Below, piece by piece: positions 28,513-38,184 of a DNA stretch of 56,332 bases. Numbering within the stretch: the stretch's first letter is position 1; every line of letters begins with the position of its first letter. The notes beneath the pieces are model-generated. The model was not told where the DNA came from. It did not search any database and worked only from the letters and a program-made list of their open reading frames with translations. The DNA is from a bacterium UBP4_UBA6127 (GTDB lineage: Bacteria > UBP4 > UBA4092). The stretch lies in the NCBI GenBank assembly GCA_002428325.1, contig DIVR01000077.1:1-56332 (forward strand), given 5' to 3'. A program made the translations under genes and the position numbers.

Positions 28513-31500
28513 ATGAAAAAGCAGCCATTGCTCCTCATCTTTATTTCCTTGCTTCCCATTCTGTTTTTTACCCATGGAATATTGGCGCAATCCTTACCCA
28601 ATCGACCCTCTACTGCCAAGTCTGTTTACAGATATCCCCAAATCTCTATCTATCCTCAGCCTCTTATCAACCCCACCCACCCCATTGAACAGCTTAAAGA
28701 GATTTGTTCCCAGGAGACCACTAGCCAAGACCCCTGGCTGGAACTGATTCAGGCCTACCTTCTCAGAAGGGATTATCAAAATGCCCTCGATACCTGGCAA
28801 AGATTAAACTCCTGGTGCCAGGACTCCTCCTCTCTTTATTTACTGAGGGGAGAAATTGCCACTGCCATGAACAATAAAACAGAGGCGAAGGATTGGTTTG
28901 AGAAAGCCATTCAGGTTGATCCTGGGAAAGCCTACAGCTACCTTAAGTTGGGGATGGCCTGGCGGGATGAGAATCCTCAGCAGGCTATATCTTTAATGGA
29001 GAGAGCCACCTCCCTGCCCTCCGCTGAACCCTGGATGTTTCATACCCTGGGACAGCAATACGAAAAGGCAAACCAGCCGGGAAAGATAATCCCACTGATT
29101 AATCGGATGCATCGAACCCTGCCGGAATCCATGGACCTTCTGATGGTTTCCGGATACCTTTATGAGATGGCCGGCAAACAAAACCTCGCCAAACCTTATT
29201 TTTATCAGGTCATTTCCCAGGATAAGGATAGAACACCTTTTACCCAGCAAGCGATTTCATATCTTATCAGTTGTGAAAAGGAAAAAAACCTGCCTCGTTT
29301 TTTTGAATCTTTCATTAAACAATATCCGGGAGATACAGTGCTGGCCCAGTTATCCTGGCAGGCACTTCAATCCAATTTTTACCTAAACTCTACGATTCAA
29401 CTGGAGAGTCTGGTTAAAATCCAGTCGCTCCTGTCACAAAAAGTACCGGAAGGTGAATTTAAGAATTATATGCTTACCACCCTGGTGAGCAATTCGCTGT
29501 ATCGTAATCAGGGGCAGGTCATGATTCAACTTTTGGAAGCCCGGATAAAAAAGAATCCCCAGGATAAGGATGCTCTTTATATGCTGGGGTCTCTCTACCG
29601 GTCCACTAACCAGAAGGAGAAGACCCTGGAATATTCTCTGGCCGCTTTGAAGTTAACCCCGGAGAATCGATATTTTATGGAAATTGCAGCCGATACCCGT
29701 GAAGCCCTGGGGCAATATGCCGAGTCTATTGCTTTACGTAAAGCTATCATGGAAATCAATGATTCTCCCGGGTGGAGGATGAACCGGGGATTACGCCTGG
29801 TCCGAACAATTCAGATGGCAGGGAAACCTGATGAAGCGGATGCTTTAATAAACCAACTGAAGGATGAACTGGGCGGCAATAGCAATGAATGGGTTACCAA
29901 CCTGGGCCAGTATTATGAAAGTATTGGCCAGAAAGCAAAGGCCCTGGAGGTCTATCAGCAGTATGCCGCAGTTACCCAGGTCAACGCCTATACCCGGCAT
30001 AACATGGCACGGCTGCTGAATAATCTCGGCCGCCGGGAAGAAGCGTTCCGGGAATATCAAAAAATACTGGCGGATAAAAAGGATACCAGTTATGCCAGTT
30101 CCGCTTCTGATGGCATCATCAACTATTACCAGGAGACTCGTAAACCCGAAGAACTCTGGTCTTTCTTTACCTCCTTCTCATCACAGCATAAAGGAGAATG
30201 GCCCTATGATAATTTTACCTGGCGGCTTCCTTCTGCCTACCAGGATATGGGACAGACCCATTTCCTCATTGAGAAACTGGAAACCCTATATAAAAATAAG
30301 ACCCTGACTGTCAAAGAAGGAACTATCCTGGTGAATGCTTATAATCAGTCCAGCCGATATGAAGAGGGACTTCCCGTTTATGAATATCTCCATACCTTAG
30401 ATGCCACGAACCAGAATGTTATTTCTCAGCTGATTAACCGATACCAGCAAAAGGCTCAATGGGATAAGATTATCAAGCTGGGTGAAGAGACTCTCAGCCG
30501 GGATTCTTCATCCATTACCCAATTCGCGCCCACAATGGGAAAAGCCTACCTGCAATCTGGCAGAATGCAGGATTTGGAATCTCTTATCCGTATCTTGAAA
30601 GATAAGGCCGAATCACAACCGGCAACCCTGCGAGTATTGGCAGAAGTTTACAAGAATATTGGAAGGCTGGATTTAGCAATCGACACCTATGAGCAAGTTC
30701 CTATACCGGTGAGTGATAATCCCTCTCAACAGGAAAACCTGTTTTATGAAAGAACCTTTTATCTGGGCCAGCTTTACAGCCAGGCTTCCCAATATCAAAA
30801 AGCCATCCGGCTGTATGAGGATTACCTGAAAAAGACAACGGCTCCTCTGTCGAGAAATAACACCGCTGCCTACCAGAACCTGATTAACTGTAACCTCAAT
30901 GCCGGAAACATCAAAAAGGCTACCTACTGGATAAAGAAACTTAATCAGCTGGAGCCTTCTCCCTGGGGGAACCATTATCCATTCTATTATAATAATTTCC
31001 TCACTCAGATAAGCCAGCAGGGAGATACCCAAAAAGCCTGGAAGTTGATTGAGGCTTATTATACTGAATTCAAGAAAACCAATCCTGATTTATCCCCCTG
31101 GGAAGCTGCCCAAAAGATGACCTCGCAGGGAAATATCCTTCCTTGGGAGAATCGGTTGAAATGGATCCCGGTACTGGAACCCCTGGTGAAAAGAAAATCT
31201 AGAAATCCAATGGTCTATATTTGCCTCAAGGAAGCTTATCAGCAGGACTGGAATATCTATCGGGCCAGAGGGGTCGATTTCTGGCAGACCGCCATTAAGT
31301 TATTCCCTAAAGAACCAGCGCCTTATGAATATCTGGGAGAACTGGCAACCAATGCTATGAATAATAAGGCTATGGGAATCCCGGCTTATGAGAAAGCTCT
31401 CAGGCTTTATGAAGCAAAGAAAAACGATCCCAAGATAGCCAATATGTTGAGTCTTTTGAGTATCCATTATTTCAATAACAAACAAACTGATAAGGCCCAG

Positions 31501-32070
31501 GATTGTATCCTGAAATATCAAGCTTATCTTGAGAAGAATAATCCCTATTTCAGCTGGATGCAGATGGGGAACATCTATGACCAGATACAGGAGCCTGCTC
31601 AGGCTCTAGTTGCTTACCAGAAGGTTCTGGATATCGCTTTAACTAAACAGGAACAATCCAATCAGCTGGGACAGATTAAGATGTCCATGAGCCGATGTTA
31701 CCTCCAATTGAAACAGTATGATAAAGCTGAAGAAACCCTCCAGCCCCTCTTAAAAGACACGGTCTTTATGAAACAGAATGAATATCTTTATGACCAGCTG
31801 GCGAGGGTCTATGACGGGCAGGGACTCTATGAGAAAGAACTGCAAACTCTCCTGCAGCTGATAGAAGCAAATCCCAAGAGATTTGAATACAGTTCCCCCC
31901 TCCAGGAATTATTGAACTATGGTGATCCCAACAATCGAACCCGATTGGAAAAATTGGCTCAGATTTGCGAGAAACGATTAAAGGAACATCCAGATGACTG
32001 GGTCACTCAAGGTATCCGGTCAGGACTCTGGCTAAGGCTGGGGAAGTTATCTGATGATAAAACAAATTAA
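28513..32070 (+). CDS. large secreted tetratricopeptide-repeat (TPR) protein
   Basis: The ORF begins at 28498. Preferred start MKKQPLLL at 28513, after ggagagg. Signal peptide. TPR-like helical repeats throughout. Confidence 0.65.
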   Translation: MKKQPLLLIFISLLPILFFTHGILAQSLPNRPSTAKSVYRYPQISIYPQPLINPTHPIEQLKEICSQETTSQDPWLELIQAYLLRRDYQNALDTWQRLNSWCQDSSSLYLLRGEIATAMNNKTEAKDWFEKAIQVDPGKAYSYLKLGMAWRDENPQQAISLMERATSLPSAEPWMFHTLGQQYEKANQPGKIIPLINRMHRTLPESMDLLMVSGYLYEMAGKQNLAKPYFYQVISQDKDRTPFTQQAISYLISCEKEKNLPRFFESFIKQYPGDTVLAQLSWQALQSNFYLNSTIQLESLVKIQSLLSQKVPEGEFKNYMLTTLVSNSLYRNQGQVMIQLLEARIKKNPQDKDALYMLGSLYRSTNQKEKTLEYSLAALKLTPENRYFMEIAADTREALGQYAESIALRKAIMEINDSPGWRMNRGLRLVRTIQMAGKPDEADALINQLKDELGGNSNEWVTNLGQYYESIGQKAKALEVYQQYAAVTQVNAYTRHNMARLLNNLGRREEAFREYQKILADKKDTSYASSASDGIINYYQETRKPEELWSFFTSFSSQHKGEWPYDNFTWRLPSAYQDMGQTHFLIEKLETLYKNKTLTVKEGTILVNAYNQSSRYEEGLPVYEYLHTLDATNQNVISQLINRYQQKAQWDKIIKLGEETLSRDSSSITQFAPTMGKAYLQSGRMQDLESLIRILKDKAESQPATLRVLAEVYKNIGRLDLAIDTYEQVPIPVSDNPSQQENLFYERTFYLGQLYSQASQYQKAIRLYEDYLKKTTAPLSRNNTAAYQNLINCNLNAGNIKKATYWIKKLNQLEPSPWGNHYPFYYNNFLTQISQQGDTQKAWKLIEAYYTEFKKTNPDLSPWEAAQKMTSQGNILPWENRLKWIPVLEPLVKRKSRNPMVYICLKEAYQQDWNIYRARGVDFWQTAIKLFPKEPAPYEYLGELATNAMNNKAMGIPAYEKALRLYEAKKNDPKIANMLSLLSIHYFNNKQTDKAQDCILKYQAYLEKNNPYFSWMQMGNIYDQIQEPAQALVAYQKVLDIALTKQEQSNQLGQIKMSMSRCYLQLKQYDKAEETLQPLLKDTVFMKQNEYLYDQLARVYDGQGLYEKELQTLLQLIEANPKRFEYSSPLQELLNYGDPNNRTRLEKLAQICEKRLKEHPDDWVTQGIRSGLWLRLGKLSDDKTN

Positions 32071-32080
32071 AGCCGTCAAC

Positions 32081-32110
32081 CGGAAACGGAGATCAGGGTC
32101 TCCGTTTCCG
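32081..32110 (+). terminator. 12-bp perfect stem-loop after the TPR gene (no U-tract)
   Basis: CGGAAACGGAGAtcagggTCTCCGTTTCCG. Confidence 0.4.
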
Positions 32111-32248
32111 ACTGACTCATGACATCAGAAAGGGTCCTTAAAAAAAATACGGAACTGTTAGATTAATAAAGCTATCTTATTCCGGGTCCTTCTTTTGACA
32201 AAGAAGGCTACCTTAAAAAATAACTTAAATAATCTCAATGGTTTAATC

Positions 32249-32266
32249 TTTTGACAGCTGTCAAAA
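32249..32266. repeat. palindromic element copy c, perfect TTTTGACAGCTGTCAAAA, between convergent gene ends
   Basis: Seen in the sequence. Confidence 0.85.
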
Positions 32267-32335
32267 GACACCTGTTTTAGTAGTCCAACCTGTCTAACCA
32301 GGAGAACCTGTCAGAGCAATCCGACTGATTATACC

Positions 32336-33298
32336 TCAAGATTGGGGCGGAGGTGTTATATCCTTCCCGATAGTTCCTTTGGATAGCATTGCGGCTGTCA
32401 TTTCCATTATCTGGGTAGGATACAGAACAACGGTATTGGAGGATGAAGGTCCTAACCCATCAATAGTCTGGAGAGAACGCAGCTGCATGGCCCCAGGGGA
32501 GGTAGCCATAATCCGAGCCGCTTCTGCCAAGTTCACCGCAGCCATTTTATCGCCTTCCGCTTTGGTAATGGTGGCGCGTTTTTCTCTTTCAGCCGAGGCC
32601 TGCCGGGACATCATCTTCTTAAGATCTTCAGGGAGATCAATATCCTGGAGGCGAATGGAATCCACATGCATTCCCCATTCCTTGATACGTTCTTCAACAA
32701 TAATCCCGATTTGCTTCTGGATATGTTCTCTTTCGGTCAATAAATCATCCAGAGAAAGGCCTCCGACCACATCTCTAAGGGCAGCCTGGGCATATTGGGC
32801 CACAGCAAATCGGAAATCTTGGATTTTGGTAATGGCCTTTTCCGGGTCCATGACCATAAAAAAGAGAACACTGTCAATTTCCGCCGGGACATTATCCCTG
32901 GTAATCACTTTCTGGCGGGGAATATTCAAAGCCAGGGTCCTGGTATCGATAAAATACACATAATCAATAATGGGAATGATATAGAGGATTCCCGGTCCTT
33001 TGACATCCTGGAACTTACCCAAACGCAGGACCACACCTCTTTCCCACTGGGCCGCCACCCGAATCCCTGAGACAACAATCATTATCAAAAAGGCACTGAT
33101 AACGGTGGCTGGAATCCAGAACACCTTTCCCTGGAACATCATATAAAACAGAACCCCAAGGATTAAGGCAGGAATTACCCAAATCACAAATCTCAAGGCC
33201 TGCCCCAGGGAGACATGCCCCTGGATAGGTTCGGCATATTGCCGATTAGAAGGTGTACTCTTTTGAATCTGACCGGAGACAAAATCTTTTAAATCCAT
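32336..33298 (-). CDS. SPFH/band-7 (stomatin-like) protein
   Basis: TM helix, then ...QWERGVVLRLGKFQDVKGPGILYIIPIID...VITRDNVPAEIDSVLFF... Confidence 0.8.
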   Translation of the reverse strand: MDLKDFVSGQIQKSTPSNRQYAEPIQGHVSLGQALRFVIWVIPALILGVLFYMMFQGKVFWIPATVISAFLIMIVVSGIRVAAQWERGVVLRLGKFQDVKGPGILYIIPIIDYVYFIDTRTLALNIPRQKVITRDNVPAEIDSVLFFMVMDPEKAITKIQDFRFAVAQYAQAALRDVVGGLSLDDLLTEREHIQKQIGIIVEERIKEWGMHVDSIRLQDIDLPEDLKKMMSRQASAEREKRATITKAEGDKMAAVNLAEAARIMATSPGAMQLRSLQTIDGLGPSSSNTVVLYPTQIMEMTAAMLSKGTIGKDITPPPQS

Positions 33299-33338
33299 GG
33301 TTGTGACCCTCCCGGGTTAACATTAAATATAAAATCCT

Positions 33339-33833
33339 TTATTTATTCTCTGGCAGGCCTGCTTCCCTGACTTTCCGGATGAGGCCCAAAATACCGCTAG
33401 GCGCTAATACCAGCAGTCCCCCCAATAGGACTTTCAAAAACGGGGTAATAAGCCCCGAATAAAGATTAGAAACAGGATATAAATTCTGGGATTTTATCAT
33501 GAATATCTGGACCAGGCTGGAAATCAATTGGGGAAGGCTGGTAGCCAGAATGTAGATACCCATCAATATCAGGACGGTGGTTTGGGCTTCATTCAGAGTG
33601 ATAGAAGAAGAAAACTGGCTCTCCCCATCCCCCAGAAACAGGTAATCAGAAATAATCTCCGCACCAAACCATAATCCCACGCTGACGGAGAGAAACAAAA
33701 GTCCAGGAAGAAGGATTGAGGAGATAGCCATTCTCAAGGACATCGTAAACTGGCTCAGAAAAATCAGGGCTGTTATAAAATTTAAAATCCCCATAATCCT
33801 GCAAGCCATAAATCCAATTTGTTTCTGTGTCAT
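33339..33833 (-). CDS. hypothetical 4-TM membrane protein upstream of the SPFH gene (no NfeD OB domain)
   Basis: RBS aagggggtt. All-helical hydrophobic sequence. Confidence 0.45.
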   Translation of the reverse strand: MTQKQIGFMACRIMGILNFITALIFLSQFTMSLRMAISSILLPGLLFLSVSVGLWFGAEIISDYLFLGDGESQFSSSITLNEAQTTVLILMGIYILATSLPQLISSLVQIFMIKSQNLYPVSNLYSGLITPFLKVLLGGLLVLAPSGILGLIRKVREAGLPENK

Positions 33834-33992
33834 TAAGTAACCCCCTTATTGGAGATAACTTCATTTACTTGACTCATCCTATCGCAGGAAGGACCTGATA
33901 GTCAAAGAAATACAAACATGGGAATGCTACATTGACAGCCATATTACATTTTGTATATGCTAACTTAGCACAGCCAATCTAAGGAGATAAAT

Positions 33993-36002
33993 ATGCCATA
34001 TCCGACCGGGAAAAATATTTTCATTATATTATTTATCACTCTATTGACCCTTATATCCAGCCAGACCTTGGCTCTGGGAGTAGATACTGCATCTTTAAAG
34101 GAACCTAAGGTCTATTCAGCCTTCCAAGCACCTCTATTGGTAAATGACTTCAGCCTGGAGACAGGGTATCGTCAGGTCAGGGTAAGCTGGACAAATTCCA
34201 CTGTTCCCGAATATGTTGCCACCCGGATTATGAGAAAAGAGGGCAGTGCATCAAGCTCTACCACGGATGGAGTTCTGTTATATGAAGGGAATGGGACCTA
34301 TTGTGTGGACAGTAATTTGGCCAATGGGATAACTTATTATTATACGGCCTACCTCCGGGATACGAGCCAATACTATGCAGAGGGAACCAGCCTGAGGGTT
34401 ACCCTTTCCCCGGCGCCAGTCAACCAGTTTACCGCCATGCCTAAAGGAACCTCCGTGATATTAAGCTGGAACAATCCCCACCAGGAGGATTATCTGGCAA
34501 CATTGGTTGTGCGAAGGACGGATCGATATCCTGCCAGCCCGACTGATGGGGAAGTTGTCTATTGGTATAACGGGAATTCCTGTGAAGATAAAAATAAGGT
34601 CATGGGCCAGACTTATTACTATGCCGCTTATGCCCATGACACCCAATACATATTTGCTCCTTCAGCAAAAGACCAGATAACTTTTGGGGATACCATTCCC
34701 CCTGATTCAGTGACCGTTCTTTCTGTTTTACCAGGCGATCAAAAAGTAAATTTGGCGTGGACTCCCCCGGAGGATATCGATTATGTATCCACCTTGATTT
34801 GCCGAAGGGATGACCGATATTCTTTTTATCCGGGAGATGGGGATGTCGCATACTGGTATAACGGGACGCAATATACAGACCAGCCGTTAGTTAATGGGAA
34901 AACTTATTACTATACTTTCTATGCCCAGGACAAAAATATGAATTTTTCGTCAGGATGGCAGGAATCTGTTTATCTGGACAGCTGGCAGAATCGAATGAGT
35001 GATTTTGATGTGGCTGCCGATACATCCAACTGGGCCTATGAACCGGTTGAAGGAATTACCGGGATGCCGGGTGTGTCCTGGAACTCTCTTTATGCTGAGC
35101 ATACCGGCTTAATGAAAATAAGCTTCTCAGGAGAAACAGAAGGAATCAAAATGACCGGGTTGGGAAGAGTAAACTCCAATTATTCAACTGGTTGGGTCAA
35201 TCTGAAGATAACCTTTAGGGAAGATTCGACTAATGATAACATGGAAATCCTGCCGGTGGGGTTGTTTTTCAGCAATCCAACCAGTTGGGAACTTAGAGGG
35301 GTCGGGGCCTCCTGGACAGGAGAAAATCAGAGTTTAAAAGGGAGCTGGCATACATGGGAAACCTGGATGGAATCAAGAAACTATTTAACTCAGCCTCAAC
35401 TGATTCTGAAAAACAACGGACATCCGGGAACCCTCTATATTGATTCTGTGGAATTGAACCATGTCCCGGCTCCGGCATTCTCCATAGCCACTTCTTATTC
35501 CTATGAATATGGGGATTTCTCTCCAGCAGAGGATACGGCCCAATGGGGGTTTGAAACCCTGGATGAAACCACTGGCGGTATGCCGGAGATATCCATTATC
35601 AATACCAATGACCATCGATCTTATGATGCGCTTCTTTTAACCTTTACCGGTCCCGATCAGGGGTTGAAGATGACCAGCAAGACCCTTTTTGATACCCAGC
35701 CATCCGCTCCTCTATATTTATACTACATGGCAAAAACAACAGTCGAGGATACCACCTATTTCGGACTAGATATCGGTGGATTTCTTTATTCTGAGGACAG
35801 TAGTGACCCGGAGCTTTATGAAATCGGGGGAAGATATGATATTGGATTTTCCGGTACCGGCTGGGACGAACGAATGATCTATCTGAATCCATTGGCAGGG
35901 CACACCCAGGGCCGGATTCAAATGATCATCCGAAATCATGATTATTACCCTTTCCAGGTATTACTGGATAATTTCAGTTTCCATTCTTTAGCAGAGAATT
36001 AA
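33993..36002 (+). CDS. secreted protein with three FN3-like modules and a C-terminal beta-rich region
   Basis: Signal peptide. Module ends GITYYYTAYLRD, GQTYYYAAYAHD and GKTYYYTFYAQD. Confidence 0.55.
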   Translation: MPYPTGKNIFIILFITLLTLISSQTLALGVDTASLKEPKVYSAFQAPLLVNDFSLETGYRQVRVSWTNSTVPEYVATRIMRKEGSASSSTTDGVLLYEGNGTYCVDSNLANGITYYYTAYLRDTSQYYAEGTSLRVTLSPAPVNQFTAMPKGTSVILSWNNPHQEDYLATLVVRRTDRYPASPTDGEVVYWYNGNSCEDKNKVMGQTYYYAAYAHDTQYIFAPSAKDQITFGDTIPPDSVTVLSVLPGDQKVNLAWTPPEDIDYVSTLICRRDDRYSFYPGDGDVAYWYNGTQYTDQPLVNGKTYYYTFYAQDKNMNFSSGWQESVYLDSWQNRMSDFDVAADTSNWAYEPVEGITGMPGVSWNSLYAEHTGLMKISFSGETEGIKMTGLGRVNSNYSTGWVNLKITFREDSTNDNMEILPVGLFFSNPTSWELRGVGASWTGENQSLKGSWHTWETWMESRNYLTQPQLILKNNGHPGTLYIDSVELNHVPAPAFSIATSYSYEYGDFSPAEDTAQWGFETLDETTGGMPEISIINTNDHRSYDALLLTFTGPDQGLKMTSKTLFDTQPSAPLYLYYMAKTTVEDTTYFGLDIGGFLYSEDSSDPELYEIGGRYDIGFSGTGWDERMIYLNPLAGHTQGRIQMIIRNHDYYPFQVLLDNFSFHSLAEN

Positions 36003-36036
36003 CAAAACCGATTGGATATCGAAAGAAAACAGAAAA

Positions 36037-36068
36037 GAGAACTTCGATAAGAAGTTCTCTTTTTCTTG
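36037..36068. terminator. bidirectional terminator between the FN3 protein gene and the GT2 gene
   Basis: aaaagagaacuucgauaagaaguucucuuuuu is palindromic with U-runs on both strands. Confidence 0.55.
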
Positions 36069-36078
36069 GCAGGGTTCA

Positions 36079-36795
36079 TTAATCAAAATAGTGATGGTCC
36101 CGATAAAAATAGCTGTCATCTTTGGAGTGGAGCATAGTATTGGCAAACATTTTTATCATCTTCCAATACCCCAGTTTCTGGAATCTCCGGTTATCCGTCG
36201 CAAAATAACGGGATAGTACGCCAAAATGTTTTCTGGCGACTTGTTTTGAAAGGAAATAATCTTCTGAGAAATGGACTTTTTCATTAAATCCGCCGAGTTC
36301 TTCAAATCGGGCTCTTTCAAAAAACATAAAAGCACCGACTGAAAAAGGGCTGATATACCTGGAACACCGGATAATCAGATTGGTCAGGCAATAGAGGCAA
36401 TGGTCTTTCCAGTTACCTTCATTACAATAGAGTTTCGCCGTCAGGCAATGGAGATTCCGAGCTTTCATCTTTTCCAGCCCCTTACGAATCATATCCTTAT
36501 CAATCAATTCAATATCCGCATCACAGAATAGAAGATACCGGCTGGAAGCCAGTTTTGCCCCCCGGTTTCGGCTGATGGAGGGAAGCCCTCCATGGATTAC
36601 TTCCACCGGGATTCGGTCGGCATAAGACAAAAAGACTTCCCGGGTCTGGTCCGTGGAATCCGCATCCCCCAGAATAACTTTGGTCTGGTGAATCTGTTTA
36701 TAATCCTGCCGGAGGATACTCTCCATTAAGATGGGAATATTAATTTCTTCATTTTTTGCCGGGATTATAATAGTCAGTTCATCGTTAAGTGCCAT
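36079..36795 (-). CDS. family 2 glycosyltransferase
   Basis: LTIIIPAKNEEINI...CDADIEL (DxD). Confidence 0.7.
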   Translation of the reverse strand: MALNDELTIIIPAKNEEINIPILMESILRQDYKQIHQTKVILGDADSTDQTREVFLSYADRIPVEVIHGGLPSISRNRGAKLASSRYLLFCDADIELIDKDMIRKGLEKMKARNLHCLTAKLYCNEGNWKDHCLYCLTNLIIRCSRYISPFSVGAFMFFERARFEELGGFNEKVHFSEDYFLSKQVARKHFGVLSRYFATDNRRFQKLGYWKMIKMFANTMLHSKDDSYFYRDHHYFD

Positions 36796-36911
36796 ACTAT
36801 GAAAAATAACATAGCTTGCATAATTGATATAGCCCCTTCCATCTCAGATGAAAGGGGCTGTCAATTAAAACTTGTTCTTTTTCTCTTGAGGAGGGTAAAT
36901 CAGAAGGCTTT

Positions 36912-37934
36912 TTATTTTGGGGAAGGCTGGTTACGCCATCGTTTGTGAAACCAAAAATACTGGTCGGGAGCTTTATGGATATAGGCTTCCAGGGATTGGT
37001 TGGTTGCCTGGGTCAGCCGGAGGATTTCCTCTTCTTCGGGTTGGGTAAGGTCTGGATAAAGAGGTTTTTGCAGGAAGACCTCATAGCTGCCCGGAGTATT
37101 TCCCCTGAGAATATAAACAGGTAAAATCGGGCTGCCTGATTTCACAGCGCAATAAGCAGGACCCAAAAAGGTGCTGGCCGGCTTACCCAGAAAAGGGATA
37201 TAAGTGCCTCGGACCCCGGCATCCTGGTCAATCAGGAATCCCACCACTGCATTATTTTGCAGGGCTTCCAGAACCGGACGGATGGAATATTTGGTATGGA
37301 TCATCTTAATATGATGGGCGCCCCGGATATCATTGACCCAGGCATCTACCGATTTATCATGAAGCGGCCGGGAATAGGCATAACTTTCATATCCCTGATA
37401 AGCAATCAAGGCTGTGGCAATTTCCCAGTTTCCCAGGTGGCCAGAGGTGAAGACCAGTCCTTTCCCTTCCTTCATGAGCTGCTGGAATATCTCGATATCA
37501 TGAATCTTAACCATCCGGTTTAATTCCGCTTCATCCTGTTTAGCCATCCTGATAAACTCAAATATCATTAAGGCAAAATGCTGATAGGTCTTCCGGGCAA
37601 TGGTCTTCAACTGGATATCTGAATATTGGGACCCGAAACAATTCTGAAGATTCTCTTCCACCACTCTTCGGCGCAGTTTCAAGATGGAATAACACAGAAA
37701 GGCTATTCCCTGAGCCAGAACCCGGCAGACGCAATAAGGAATAATCTGTATGAAAAAGGCAAAAATCCGAACAATGATACCAACCATGCCCAATAATTTA
37801 ACACAGGAGACTCTGATACTGAAATGAGGCTGCTTTGAGGTAATATCAAAGGGGTTCCAATCAAGAATTTGAATCTTTTGGAAAAGAGTTTCCGGTAAAC
37901 CATGCTTATCCCGGGATTTCTTACCCTTCCCCAA
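36912..37934 (-). CDS. lipid A biosynthesis (KDO2)-lipid IVA acyltransferase family (LpxL/HtrB-like)
   Basis: HX4E motif SGHLGNWE. N-terminal TM helix. LPLAT family. Confidence 0.65.
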   Translation of the reverse strand: MGKGKKSRDKHGLPETLFQKIQILDWNPFDITSKQPHFSIRVSCVKLLGMVGIIVRIFAFFIQIIPYCVCRVLAQGIAFLCYSILKLRRRVVEENLQNCFGSQYSDIQLKTIARKTYQHFALMIFEFIRMAKQDEAELNRMVKIHDIEIFQQLMKEGKGLVFTSGHLGNWEIATALIAYQGYESYAYSRPLHDKSVDAWVNDIRGAHHIKMIHTKYSIRPVLEALQNNAVVGFLIDQDAGVRGTYIPFLGKPASTFLGPAYCAVKSGSPILPVYILRGNTPGSYEVFLQKPLYPDLTQPEEEEILRLTQATNQSLEAYIHKAPDQYFWFHKRWRNQPSPK

Positions 37935-38184
37935 TACCTAACCTCTTTAATTAGAGTTATTGAGGATATTTACCTGGGAAGTTACCTTGAGATTCCCCGG
38001 GGGCTATGTTAATATTTTAAACTGGTTCTTTAGGGTTTTATAGGGCTTAGGAACCCTGATTATTATGGTTTAGAACGATGATGAGGGCCAGAGGAATACC
38101 TCCAGAACGAGTAGTTCGCTCTAAAAAACCTCTCATAATGTAATACCAATCCTATTTAATTATATATATAAAAAGGAGAACTTT

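Noticed and set aside
32379-32963. 194-aa plus-strand ORF inside the SPFH gene
   Set aside because: It is antisense to a confidently assigned SPFH gene. The same applies to the antisense ORFs at 20112-20513, 42030-42593, 50215-50640 and 34461-34851.
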